A stretch of DNA of 64,000 nucleotides from a virus (taxonomy: Duplodnaviria > Heunggongvirae > Uroviricota > Caudoviricetes): IMG/VR virus record IMGVR_UViG_3300009709_000001, positions 1 to 64,000 of that record. One strand, given 5' to 3'. Below, piece after piece: positions 19,642 through 28,806 of this stretch. Made by a program: the position numbers and the translations under genes. The notes under the pieces were generated by a model. It worked only from the letters and a program-made list of their open reading frames with translations, was not told where the DNA came from and did not search any database. The stretch's first letter is position 1. Each line of letters opens with the position of its first letter.

Positions 19642-19999
19642 CTTCTATCACTTCATGGACTTGAAATCTTAATCCTGTCGGCCACACAAGTGCGGTTTTA
19701 AGTTTTGTTTCGAATCTGAGTTTAACTTGAAGTACATCCTGGGAATCTGCAAAGAACAAATATCCACGGAATCTAGAATACTCAGCATAATTATTCGGAT
19801 TATATTTTCCGATAGTGGTCTCAGCCAGCTTTGTATAGCCCCAGGTGCCGTGAATTGTTTTGTAGATTTCCTTAATGAGTTCCCGGTATTCCTTGTCAGC
19901 ACCCGAATACATAAAATGGCCGTCTGGCACATAATCTACCGATAACACATGAGCATTGGGAGGTATAGGTTGATTAATGAGTAGACGGCGAACAGACAT
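19631..19999 (-). CDS. Hypothetical protein
   Basis: 122-aa ORF abutting neighbours. Confidence 0.6.
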   Translation of the reverse strand: MSVRRLLINQPIPPNAHVLSVDYVPDGHFMYSGADKEYRELIKEIYKTIHGTWGYTKLAETTIGKYNPNNYAEYSRFRGYLFFADSQDVLQVKLRFETKLKTALVWPTGLRFQVHEVIEDDT

Positions 20000-20281
20000 T
20001 TAGATATATTCGTGATGTTGACGGTGAAATGCTGTTACGTCATCCTTTTCGGCAAAACGAATAACAACGAATTGACCAAGATCTAATTCGGCATACAGGC
20101 CTTTGGTTTTATCCAACGCTGCCTGGAATTGATCATGGCGACGATAAAATGTCGCGGGATGAAGACGTACAGACATCCAGTCGGCAGTAAATGCATCGAC
20201 GCGAATCGGATCACCGGTAAGACACTTGCCCTTTTGCTTCATACAACTCCGCTTAGTTAAAAATTCGAACCCATTTGTCAT
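20000..20281 (-). CDS. Hypothetical protein
   Basis: 93-aa ORF; start uncertain (MKQK at 20242 is an alternative). Confidence 0.55.
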   Translation of the reverse strand: MTNGFEFLTKRSCMKQKGKCLTGDPIRVDAFTADWMSVRLHPATFYRRHDQFQAALDKTKGLYAELDLGQFVVIRFAEKDDVTAFHRQHHEYI

Positions 20282-20525
20282 AGATTGCAGAACTTAACTC
20301 TTCGGGGTCACCTCTTACATCACCCGAAAAAGTCTTGAGCTGCATTTCCATGGAAATTAGAAATCTTTGTCCCGATAGGGTAACAACGTTGATGGCACAG
20401 TCATCTCTCAGCTTATCTACTACAGCATCTTCATCGTCGCGGATGAAGTTCATTGTTTCAATATGCATGAGAGGTATGACTGTGCCATCGTCAGCCACTA
20501 CCACATTCTTGTGGTAGATGGCCAT
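20253..20525 (-). CDS. Hypothetical protein
   Basis: 90-aa ORF; TAAATG junction with the upstream gene. Confidence 0.65.
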   Translation of the reverse strand: MAIYHKNVVVADDGTVIPLMHIETMNFIRDDEDAVVDKLRDDCAINVVTLSGQRFLISMEMQLKTFSGDVRGDPEELSSAIYDKWVRIFN

Positions 20526-20804
20526 TTACAGCAGGTTCAGATACAGGGCCGACTGCGGATCGAAGTCCTGACGGAAGATGTAGATAGACCGAGTGATCGG
20601 TTTACCGCTCTTCAGATGCTTCAGAATACGGCCTTCGGAAGTCCAGCGATCCTTGCCCTTGCCGACGTTGGTGTTCAGCCAGTTGATGATCTTGTAGAAA
20701 TGTTCGCGATCGCGAATCGTGACTTTGAAGGTATGAGCCGCGTCCTGCTCCTTCAGGTTCACAGGCGTGTCCTTGGGGGTAGTTTGCTTGTTCATGTTAC
20801 GCAC
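20526..20804 (-). CDS. Hypothetical protein with GC-rich (high-expression-type) codons
   Basis: 92-aa ORF directly downstream of a sigma70-type promoter. Confidence 0.65.
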   Translation of the reverse strand: MRNMNKQTTPKDTPVNLKEQDAAHTFKVTIRDREHFYKIINWLNTNVGKGKDRWTSEGRILKHLKSGKPITRSIYIFRQDFDPQSALYLNLL

Positions 20805-20832
20805 TTTCTCTAGGTTAAGGTGTTGAGTCTAT

Positions 20833-20861
20833 ATTTTACAACATCCGTTTAGCTTTGTCAA
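20833..20861 (-). promoter_or_regulatory. Sigma70-type promoter
   Basis: TTGACA-17-TAAAAT on the minus strand. Confidence 0.7.
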
Positions 20862-21002
20862 TAGGATTGCCAAACACCACAAAGGTCGCATGTATAGACC
20901 ACGGTGTCACTATATCCATTGAGGTATGTCCAACCTTTTTCATGAGCACATTTGCCCTGTAACTTGAGAAAGGTCTTTTGTTCGTCGGATAATCACGACA
21001 AA

Positions 21003-21464
21003 TCAGTCGTCTGCTCGACCAACAATGTATTGGACTCCTGCTTCTTTGAGCATTTCGTATCCGACATCCATATCCTCCCGCCAACGAGCTGGAACATTAT
21101 TGATTGATCCAGGTTCGTCGACAACTACTGTACTAATTTTTCGTTGTATAATGCCTTGCGCACAAGTTGAACATGGTGAAAGTGTTACGAACATGACGCA
21201 GCCTGAAAGATCATTTACTGGCGAAAGATCCATAGCATTTCTTTCAGCATGACAAACCCATTTATACTTCAACGGTCGTTCATGACGTTCGGGAATATCG
21301 TCGTCGGTTCCCATTGGAAAGCCATTAAAACCCCATGAAACAGGTCGCCCATTCATCGTGGTAATAACAGCACCGACTTTTGTCGATTGATCTTTAGACC
21401 AGTCCCCGACTTCCTTCGCAAATTTCAGAATTCTACCGATCCATTTGATATCGGTAATTTTCAT
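21003..21464 (-). CDS. dCMP deaminase
   Basis: SKD.STKVGAVI, GFNGFP.G, HAERNA, TLSPCSTCA zinc motifs. Confidence 0.92.
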   Translation of the reverse strand: MKITDIKWIGRILKFAKEVGDWSKDQSTKVGAVITTMNGRPVSWGFNGFPMGTDDDIPERHERPLKYKWVCHAERNAMDLSPVNDLSGCVMFVTLSPCSTCAQGIIQRKISTVVVDEPGSINNVPARWREDMDVGYEMLKEAGVQYIVGRADD

Positions 21465-21787
21465 GCAGTCAGACGTTCCCTTGTAATGATCATTGCCAAT
21501 TCTTCACCAAGATCCATTTCATCTGTAATAATGTGAAGGCGACGATTTATATTGCCGGTACGATTATCATAGTATGAAGTCTGCACAACCTTCCCGCCAG
21601 TTGCCGCATATAAGGTAAAATTCAACCCATCCATGTCAGTAATAGAACTCGACACTGAGGCCGATTTACTGCTCATCACAGGCATAGGAGAATTTTCAAA
21701 CTTACTGCCGGCATAATTGCTATTCTCTTCGCGCTTGTCAAGCCAACGGCCAACATTGATAAGCAAATTTCTAATTAAATTGATCAT
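21461..21787 (-). CDS. Hypothetical protein
   Basis: 108-aa ORF with ATGA overlaps. Confidence 0.65.
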   Translation of the reverse strand: MINLIRNLLINVGRWLDKREENSNYAGSKFENSPMPVMSSKSASVSSSITDMDGLNFTLYAATGGKVVQTSYYDNRTGNINRRLHIITDEMDLGEELAMIITRERLTA

Positions 21788-22035
21788 TTTAGGTTACCCC
21801 ATTTTAATTTAAAGACTAGCAACGTATCCGTATCCTTGAATGCATACGTTCTAGTGTCTCGGTCTGTTGTATAGCTGTACCAGGCTCTAAATCTCATACC
21901 AATGTTATCTTTACACCATTTTTCGGCCTCCTTACTCTTCTTTTCACTCAGAGTAATGGTGTAGGGCCAGATTTCGTGTTTCAATCTTCTCATGATAACT
22001 TTCAAAAGTAATCTAAACTTTGGCAGAGGTTGCAT
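21784..22035 (-). CDS. Small hypothetical protein (WC...F.D...FKL.W family)
   Basis: 83 aa; KWCKDNIG...YAFKD...VFKLKW. Confidence 0.6.
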   Translation of the reverse strand: MQPLPKFRLLLKVIMRRLKHEIWPYTITLSEKKSKEAEKWCKDNIGMRFRAWYSYTTDRDTRTYAFKDTDTLLVFKLKWGNLK

Positions 22036-22159
22036 CGGTATACACTATCATTGTGAGAAAAGCCGACAAACTGCCAACCATCATTATGTGGACATAATCC
22101 ACTAAGGACGCGGGCAGTTTGTTCTTCCGGTAACGGTGTTAAAGCTAACTCTTCAAAGC

Positions 22160-22441
22160 TTAAATGCCTAGGAGTTTTCTTATCGTCATGTACTCTTCCC
22201 ATGATGCCTTTAACGCCGGATATTTTTGTAGTTCTTCACTTGTCGGGATTAAGCTTTTCGGAGATATTGATGGGCCCGGACCAGACATCAGCATCCATTT
22301 AATACCATCGAATACATAAACATGATCGTTATTCACATCAAGATATGCATCACCAGGTATTGGTGTGGCCGGCTTAGCCGAACGATAGTTTATTCCCGAC
22401 ACCGCTATATCGACGTAACTTTTAGTTACGGCTGTGGTCAT
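22160..22441 (-). CDS. Hypothetical protein
   Basis: 93 aa; P.PGD.Y.D....YVFDG..W and KYPALK..WE.Y motifs. Confidence 0.6.
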   Translation of the reverse strand: MTTAVTKSYVDIAVSGINYRSAKPATPIPGDAYLDVNNDHVYVFDGIKWMLMSGPGPSISPKSLIPTSEELQKYPALKASWEEYMTIRKLLGI

Positions 22442-22848
22442 AGATCGTTTTCTTTACGATTCTCGGAATGCCATGGATCGAACTTACCACCGGGATAACG
22501 AGATTCCAATTTGGTTACGTTTTCAGCAATGACATCATCAGGATTTAGATCAAGCGCTTTGCAGGCCTGAATCCAATACCAAATAATGTCGCCAAGTTCG
22601 CGCTTCATATGAAACACATTCTCGGGGCTGTAATCCTTACCTTGGAAAACAATCTTCTTTACAATTTCGTTAAATTCACCACCTTCACTTGCGAGACCGA
22701 TACCGGCTGTAAGTAAACGTGGTACATCTGCACCGTGTGCATCTAGCTCATTTAGGCGAGCGATAAATGCATTGTGGTTTTTACTTGGTTGACTTGTAAC
22801 ACCGTTAACGAAGCCGGTGTATTTGTTAAGGTCAATCTTCTTTTCCAT
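22438..22848 (-). CDS. MazG-like nucleotide pyrophosphohydrolase
   Basis: GL.SE.GEF.EIVKK, ELGDIIWY, N..KL..RYP. Confidence 0.88.
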   Translation of the reverse strand: MEKKIDLNKYTGFVNGVTSQPSKNHNAFIARLNELDAHGADVPRLLTAGIGLASEGGEFNEIVKKIVFQGKDYSPENVFHMKRELGDIIWYWIQACKALDLNPDDVIAENVTKLESRYPGGKFDPWHSENRKENDL

Positions 22849-22860
22849 TCTATTCCTTAG

Positions 22861-24012
22861 TTAAACGTATGAATCAGTTTTCACATGCTTCACTATTTTA
22901 TAGAATTTTACAAAATCGTCAAGTTTTCGCTTAGTTACCTTCGATCCGTAATTGTTAAATCTAGATCTACCCCTTGACAGAATTACATTCTCACTTGTGG
23001 GATCAATACCCGACAATGGTTCTGGTAAGAATTCAGCAGGTACAGTCGCTGCACCAGATCCACGATATGGCATATCGATTAGGAACATTGATCTATAAGA
23101 ATCTTCGACTACTAACTGATATCTATCGCCGGCCTTATAGGCCCGTTGATAAATGGCAGCAGCCTCAGTGGCATCAATTTCTTCAAATGACAAGGCTGGT
23201 TTTACTCCATACGAAGATACCATTTTAACTCGTCCAGGGCGAGACCAACCCACGGTACCATCGTCTGATGCATCTTTAGAAAAATATGCACCGACAGCAA
23301 TCTGCTCATTCATGTACTTAAGGGCCTCAGCTCGTGTCATTGGCTTTTCAGCAGCTTCTACGATCTTGAGAATCTTAATGTTCGTTCCAAAGAAGAACAG
23401 ACCTGTCTTAACCTCAATAATTTGACGTCTGCACCATGACTTTGGTACACCAGCGTTGCCACTGTAATAGGAATATGTATATTCGGCAGGTCCATACAAG
23501 GATTCTGTGCCCATATACCTACCTGTAAGTCCATTCTGCAATAAGACAGTATCACCGTACTTAATATCGGACTTACTTACACGATTATCAATCAGATCAG
23601 TGTTTTCCACTGCCTCTTGATATTCTGGAGCATTGACTGGAATAAGCGATAACTTTGTTTCGCTATCATTTCTGGCCCAAACACACTTTTCTTGAATTAG
23701 ACCTTCTGTAATACCAGTTACAGCGAGTAGATTAGTTAAATTGTCCGATGTTATGCGACAAATAAAGCCTCTCGGATCAATAACTAACCAATCTGTCTCT
23801 CGGGAACTCCAACCACGCGACTGCGATTCGATTAAAGTAAAACCCGGCAATGGATCATTGGAATATTCTTTTGTATTTGTGAATTTAGTGGCAAGCTTCT
23901 TTACCTTATTCTTTTCATTAGTGGCAGTTCCTACCGGTGTAATCTCTACATCCGGTAGAGTATGAACTTCTGTTGACCAGCCTACATAAATCTGTTTCGA
24001 AATATTAAGCAT
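22861..24012 (-). CDS. Hypothetical protein
   Basis: 383-aa ORF; N.PL.GF and DPRGF...I...NL motifs. Confidence 0.7.
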   Translation of the reverse strand: MLNISKQIYVGWSTEVHTLPDVEITPVGTATNEKNKVKKLATKFTNTKEYSNDPLPGFTLIESQSRGWSSRETDWLVIDPRGFICRITSDNLTNLLAVTGITEGLIQEKCVWARNDSETKLSLIPVNAPEYQEAVENTDLIDNRVSKSDIKYGDTVLLQNGLTGRYMGTESLYGPAEYTYSYYSGNAGVPKSWCRRQIIEVKTGLFFFGTNIKILKIVEAAEKPMTRAEALKYMNEQIAVGAYFSKDASDDGTVGWSRPGRVKMVSSYGVKPALSFEEIDATEAAAIYQRAYKAGDRYQLVVEDSYRSMFLIDMPYRGSGAATVPAEFLPEPLSGIDPTSENVILSRGRSRFNNYGSKVTKRKLDDFVKFYKIVKHVKTDSYV

Positions 24013-24022
24013 CTACTGTTGT

Positions 24023-24217
24023 TTACCTCGATTTCTGTGTTAATTGGTTGATACGGACCAGGGTATTGTTTCTCAGTAACCGATACTGCTTACGCTCTTC
24101 GTCATTATAACTTGCCGACAAGAGCTTTCCGTATTTTTCATTCAGAATTTCAGCATCGCCAAGGGATGCATTCTGAATAATGGTAAAACGATCATTCAAA
24201 TCAGTTTCTGTAAACAT
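24023..24217 (-). CDS. Hypothetical protein
   Basis: 64-aa ORF; AAGGA SD. Confidence 0.55.
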   Translation of the reverse strand: MFTETDLNDRFTIIQNASLGDAEILNEKYGKLLSASYNDEERKQYRLLRNNTLVRINQLTQKSR

Positions 24218-24226
24218 GGGTTTTCC

Positions 24227-24460
24227 TTAAGCGCCGAATCCAAAACGAATTTTAAACATTGCTGCATCTGTCGAGTCTTCAAATCCAAACTTGTTGCCGC
24301 CGAGCATTGTCCAACGACCTTCCAGATTCTCAAGACACCACAGGATAATTCCCTTTTTTGCAATATCTGTAAAAGGGATATGAATGTTTGTGAATGTCCA
24401 AGTTTTCTCCTTGTCCAAGATTAACTTATTCATTGGCACATACATATCTTCTTTTGCCAT
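24227..24460 (-). CDS. Small hypothetical protein (WC...F.D..DA.MFK family)
   Basis: 77 aa; GGAGG SD; LWCLENLEGRW...FEDSTDAAMFKIRF. Confidence 0.65.
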   Translation of the reverse strand: MAKEDMYVPMNKLILDKEKTWTFTNIHIPFTDIAKKGIILWCLENLEGRWTMLGGNKFGFEDSTDAAMFKIRFGFGA

Positions 24461-24556
24461 AGATTCCTCCTAAATACTTTAGTAAATTATAGCTTTTTTA
24501 AATTGGAGTAACAACTGTGGGCGCAAAACAACGAACCGGGCATTTGCCCGGCTTTG

Positions 24557-25306
24557 TTATTTCTTATATGGTGTCCAACTTTCTTTTGTTTGCATTAACC
24601 TATCTGAAATGATATACATTGTGACTGGATTGTGTCCAAGTCCTAGATGACTTGCCCCCACAACCTCGATGTTTTCGGCTTGTGGACCTTCTTCCTCAAT
24701 CGAAGTGGTCCAATGCACTACGCCGTCTGTCTTGCTAAAAATAGACGTAAAGGGAACAGGCGGAACCTGTTTTATTTGTGCTAAAACCGTAGAATCCTTG
24801 TAGGATACATCCCCGCTTAAATACTCGTACACTTTACTAGCGTTCGTTGAGTCAGATTCGCCCTTAAAGGGAGTTCCCAAAGTGATTACCTGGCGGATTT
24901 TATCCGGAAGCCTCTTAGCAATCTCTCTTGCATAGATACCACCCAAGCTCCATCCGATAATGCTAACCTCTTTGCCACCGGACATTTGATAGATTTCTTC
25001 AATCCTAGTGGCAATATCTTCTAGCATAGAATCTAGGCCTTCTTGTGGACCTAAATTTCTTCCAAGCCCCCATGAATATGCATTATATCCAATGCTATTA
25101 AGGAAGCTTCGAATGTATGCAGTCGACCCATCGGAACCTGCAAGTCCCGGAATAACCATTACCGGATGCCCGTCACCCTCATTTATAAGGTGTTGCAGTG
25201 GTTGCTTAAGAGCAATACCGAGGCCATATTCCCATATGCCGCGGACGACTTCGAGTGCTAGAAGTGCTTTTGATGGAGCCATTTTGTTATCCTTTATCGA
25301 TAACAA
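24557..25306 (-). CDS. Alpha/beta hydrolase (lipase/esterase-like)
   Basis: PV.VIPGL, GWSLGG nucleophile elbow, ITLGTP, SKTDGVV, SHLGL; real start may be 25283 (MAPSK). Confidence 0.88.
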   Translation of the reverse strand: MLSIKDNKMAPSKALLALEVVRGIWEYGLGIALKQPLQHLINEGDGHPVMVIPGLAGSDGSTAYIRSFLNSIGYNAYSWGLGRNLGPQEGLDSMLEDIATRIEEIYQMSGGKEVSIIGWSLGGIYAREIAKRLPDKIRQVITLGTPFKGESDSTNASKVYEYLSGDVSYKDSTVLAQIKQVPPVPFTSIFSKTDGVVHWTTSIEEEGPQAENIEVVGASHLGLGHNPVTMYIISDRLMQTKESWTPYKK

Positions 25307-25312
25307 TATTTA

Positions 25313-25633
25313 TTAGAAACCCACGGAAGAACCGCATCCGCAATGAGTTGTAGCATTCGGGTTATTGAAGACGAAGCTTTCGCCCATCAAATCTTTCTTA
25401 TAATCGATTTCTGCATCAGTTAGATACATCATGCTCATTGAATCGACAAGGAGCATATGTGTATCGTCGAGCACGATGCTAAGATCGTCTTCCTGCTGTT
25501 CTGTTTCGACTGCAAAGTAATAGGTAAAGCCATTGCAGCCACCGCCTTGTAGACCAAAGCGGAGAAAAGATGATTTCTCATCGATTAGGACGGAAATCAT
25601 CTTTTCTTTGGCTCTGTCGGTGACAGAGATCAT
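25313..25633 (-). CDS. Fe-S cluster carrier, IscA/ErpA (HesB) family
   Basis: [18 protein letters not shown]...CGCGSS; start MISVTD overlaps the clpP stop (ATGA). Confidence 0.9.
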   Translation of the reverse strand: MISVTDRAKEKMISVLIDEKSSFLRFGLQGGGCNGFTYYFAVETEQQEDDLSIVLDDTHMLLVDSMSMMYLTDAEIDYKKDLMGESFVFNNPNATTHCGCGSSVGF

Positions 25634-26226
25634 GGACGCTTGGAGATGATTTGGTCTGCCAGGCCCAAATCCAGTGCTTGCGGGGCAGTCAGCCAACGGT
25701 CACGGTCCATCAGCTCGGTAAAGCGTTCGAACGTAACGCCCTTGGTGTTGTGGGCGACGTACAGCTCGGTCATTTCCTTCTTGATGCGAAGGGATTCTTC
25801 CAGATCGATCTGCATGTCCGAGATCTTGCCTCGTGTGCCAGACGACGGCTGGTGAATCATGGTAATGGAACGGGGCAGCAAATAGCGATGACCCGGTTCG
25901 CCAGCCTGCGCAATGAACGAACCCATGGAGGCTGCCATGCCAGTCACATAGGTATAGACCGGGCACTTGATGTATTGCATCACATCGTAGACGCCACAGC
26001 CGTCATAGACGCTGCCGCCTGGCGAGTTGATGTACATATGGATGGGAAGTTCGGCATTTTCAGCTTCGAGGAACAGCATTTGCGCCACAGCCACGTTGCA
26101 CATATTTTGCTCGACTTCACCGGTAAAGAAAATGACACGTTCCTTCATCAAGCGCGAGTACAGGTCGTAAGAACGTTCACCGCGGGCAGTTTGTTCAACA
26201 ACGACAGGGATCAGGGCGTTTTGCAT
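25630..26226 (-). CDS. clpP: ATP-dependent Clp protease proteolytic subunit
   Basis: [26 protein letters not shown] (Ser), MIHQP (His), DRDRWL. Confidence 0.95.
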   Translation of the reverse strand: MQNALIPVVVEQTARGERSYDLYSRLMKERVIFFTGEVEQNMCNVAVAQMLFLEAENAELPIHMYINSPGGSVYDGCGVYDVMQYIKCPVYTYVTGMAASMGSFIAQAGEPGHRYLLPRSITMIHQPSSGTRGKISDMQIDLEESLRIKKEMTELYVAHNTKGVTFERFTELMDRDRWLTAPQALDLGLADQIISKRP

Positions 26227-26253
26227 TTAGGGTTTCCTATGATAAATAGTTTC

Positions 26254-26643
26254 ATGAAGATCAAAGACATTCTTACCGAAAGTTCGACCGATGTAGTCGC
26301 ACGCTTTTATAAAGAGGCGGGCGAAGCCTACGACAAATATTATAATCCCGAGGACGTAAAATATAAAGAGAAGTCTGCTGGGTATTATGAAGAATTTTTC
26401 AAAAGCTGGTTCAACGAAGGGATCACTCCAATCTTTACTAAGCCTGTAACCAAGGCACAACCAGAATATACCAATATTCCTAAAGAAGGTAAGCTACAAT
26501 CACCGGGATATCGTGGTTTACAATATTCCTTGGCTGCTGCAGGCTTACCTTACAATCACGAAGTTCAACGTTATGAACCGAACGCATCTAAAATGGTCGC
26601 TACTCAGACTATGGATGGTGCCCGAAACAATAACGGTCAATAA
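26254..26643 (+). CDS. Hypothetical late protein (possible internal virion protein)
   Basis: C-terminal 129 aa of track ORF 25651-26643; starts MKIKDILTES 5 nt after TAAATA. Confidence 0.7.
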   Translation: MKIKDILTESSTDVVARFYKEAGEAYDKYYNPEDVKYKEKSAGYYEEFFKSWFNEGITPIFTKPVTKAQPEYTNIPKEGKLQSPGYRGLQYSLAAAGLPYNHEVQRYEPNASKMVATQTMDGARNNNGQ

Positions 26644-26915
26644 TTGCGAAGGTAAAGGAAAATTAATTCTTCCTTTACTGTTTCAGTTAGTTCGACAATT
26701 TCTACTTTTGCGTGTTCTCTCCACACAAAATTTGATTTGAAAAGAGTCTGCCTGGCCGCAATTTTGGCTTTCTGACGTGTGGGGAATTTCTTAACAAAAT
26801 CCAGCTCAAACCAATTTACTGTTATGTTGTCACGAACGTCGTTTCTGACGGAATAGACTATGTCTTCGCGAGTTCCACTAACCCAAGCCGGCAAAGTGAT
26901 TTTTGCAATAAACAT
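26637..26915 (-). CDS. Hypothetical protein
   Basis: 92-aa ORF. Confidence 0.55.
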   Translation of the reverse strand: MFIAKITLPAWVSGTREDIVYSVRNDVRDNITVNWFELDFVKKFPTRQKAKIAARQTLFKSNFVWREHAKVEIVELTETVKEELIFLYLRNY

Positions 26916-26927
26916 TCCCGATCTTTC

Positions 26928-27698
26928 TTAAAGGGCTGCGTTGATACTCGCTGCTAAGTCCGGGTCATAGTTATCAGCAGTTTCATCGAACCATTGGGTA
27001 TTCTTCATTGCCCAGTTCCAATAGCTGTGAGGGACGTCTTTCATTAGTTCCCCTTTGTGTTTCCCGAACGGCATACGCTTGTAAATTATAGGCTCTGCAG
27101 TCCATTTTGCAATCTGGGGGCCGTAATCTTCCTCAACATTAAGAATACCCATTTCTTCCATCATATCGACAAAGTATTCAAGCAAACGACCGGTGATGAA
27201 TGAGTCATTGCCTGCACGGTGACAATACATATCGATAGGAACATCGAGCTTTAATGCGAAACGCAGATAAGGTAGATTAGTTTCTTCAATTTCTGGCACT
27301 TCCGAAAACAACTTCTTAGCCATTCTCCAAGTACAAATCCATGTATTGGAGTTAGTATCAACTCCATGATTTCCTAGAACACGCATATCAAAGAAATGAT
27401 TATGTGCAACTAGGTATCCACCTTGATAACTGTTTACTAGATCTTGGAAAGTTTGCCTACCATCAATGAATGGTGCCTTCCCCTCAATCATTTCATTTGT
27501 GATGTAGCAAATTGACTCAACCTTAGGTGGAATTGGTCGATCGAGTGTGCTATGTAACTCGCTAAAAATTGTCCAGTCGCCATTATCACGCAATACAAAA
27601 CCGGATTCTACGATTTCTGCAATCTTATAATCGTCCGAATTAGTTTCTGTATCGAGAACCATGCAGGCTGCAAGGAATTCTTCTTTTTTTGTGGCCAT
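26928..27698 (-). CDS. DEDDh 3'-5' exonuclease (ExoX-like) with C-terminal MPFGKHKG domain
   Basis: VLDTET, VAHN..FD, HRA..D, MPFGKHKG....VP..Y..W. Confidence 0.88.
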   Translation of the reverse strand: MATKKEEFLAACMVLDTETNSDDYKIAEIVESGFVLRDNGDWTIFSELHSTLDRPIPPKVESICYITNEMIEGKAPFIDGRQTFQDLVNSYQGGYLVAHNHFFDMRVLGNHGVDTNSNTWICTWRMAKKLFSEVPEIEETNLPYLRFALKLDVPIDMYCHRAGNDSFITGRLLEYFVDMMEEMGILNVEEDYGPQIAKWTAEPIIYKRMPFGKHKGELMKDVPHSYWNWAMKNTQWFDETADNYDPDLAASINAAL

Positions 27699-27718
27699 AA
27701 AAATCTCCGTTATTCTGT

Positions 27719-27747
27719 AATATAACAGAAACAACGGAGAATGTCAA
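27719..27747 (-). promoter_or_regulatory. Sigma70-type promoter
   Basis: TTGACA-17-TATATT with a TG extension. Confidence 0.7.
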
Positions 27748-27754
27748 TATTTCT

Positions 27755-28804
27755 TTATTGCTGTTGAGCGACGTTGGTGAGAATCTTTCTCATCGAATCA
27801 AGAACTGGCTTCAGTGCATGCGAATTACCTTGAGCAGCATCATTTGCCCACTCGTTAAACTCGTCTGTATTTCTCTTTGCACCAGATGCATGTTCAATTG
27901 CTTGAATAATTGTCTGTTCGACTACATCATTTGAGTCCATTGTAGAAACAAATTGCTTTAGTTTCGTACCGGCAGCGTTAAGAGCTGCGCCAGCATCAAA
28001 GTTACCATCTCTTGCAGCAGCTTTAATCGATGCACTAATTTGTCTTTCGGCTTGATCAGCAAGTTTCGATACAACAGGCTTAATTCTCTTAATGATTTTA
28101 CCTATGGCTTCATCAGGTGGAAGTACCACAGGTGCTTTTCTTGCACCACGAGTAGCCATCTTATCTCTCTCAATCGAACCAACTGCAGGCTTAACAGAAT
28201 CTGGATCACCACGGTAGCCGGAGAAGCCAGTAATCCAAACTGTCTTCAATCTACCGATTTGATCGGCAAGTAGGTTGAAAACGTTATTAGGATTCTGCAT
28301 TTCACGACCAGTATGCTTACCCATTCTGGCTTTAGAAACTGTCGGATCTTGTGCATCACGGTAATCGTCATCTTCTCCCTGTGGACGGAGCAATTCAGGA
28401 TCAACCTGTTGACCATCATCAGTAAACGCGATAACTTGATATGGAACAGTTGCATCGTTTGCAGGATTGTAGGTCTTACCTTTCTTTGCAAACTCTGCAG
28501 TTCTATTCTTGATGAACTTTTCATCAGGTTTAATACCTGCAACACCGTGTTCAGCAGAAACGATGACAAAATCATCTGGATTACTCTTGAATTGCTTCCA
28601 GAGTAATTCCTTATTGAACGGTGCTGGTTCAAATTCGGCATCATTGCTCAATTTATGGCGACGATGCATCCAACGAACTAGGTTTTGTCCACCTTTTTCT
28701 TTACCGAGAAGCTTACTAAGGGAACTTTCTTCGATAAATGCTTCATCGAGTTCTTCGTCCCACATAAGGCTCTCAAATAATGTTGGTTTAAGGATCGGAA
28801 ACAT
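27755..28804 (-). CDS. Hypothetical late/virion protein
   Basis: 349-aa ORF co-transcribed from the TAAATA at 30661. Confidence 0.65.
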   Translation of the reverse strand: MFPILKPTLFESLMWDEELDEAFIEESSLSKLLGKEKGGQNLVRWMHRRHKLSNDAEFEPAPFNKELLWKQFKSNPDDFVIVSAEHGVAGIKPDEKFIKNRTAEFAKKGKTYNPANDATVPYQVIAFTDDGQQVDPELLRPQGEDDDYRDAQDPTVSKARMGKHTGREMQNPNNVFNLLADQIGRLKTVWITGFSGYRGDPDSVKPAVGSIERDKMATRGARKAPVVLPPDEAIGKIIKRIKPVVSKLADQAERQISASIKAAARDGNFDAGAALNAAGTKLKQFVSTMDSNDVVEQTIIQAIEHASGAKRNTDEFNEWANDAAQGNSHALKPVLDSMRKILTNVAQQQ

Positions 28805-28806
28805 TA

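Noticed and set aside
22002-22202. 66-aa Cys/His-containing ORF
   Set aside because: Overlaps both neighbours by more than 30 nt and has no clear start; may be a real microgene but cannot be supported.
25651-26253. N-terminal 200 aa of the 330-aa plus-strand ORF
   Set aside because: Antisense to clpP; the real gene starts at ATG 26254 after TAAATA.
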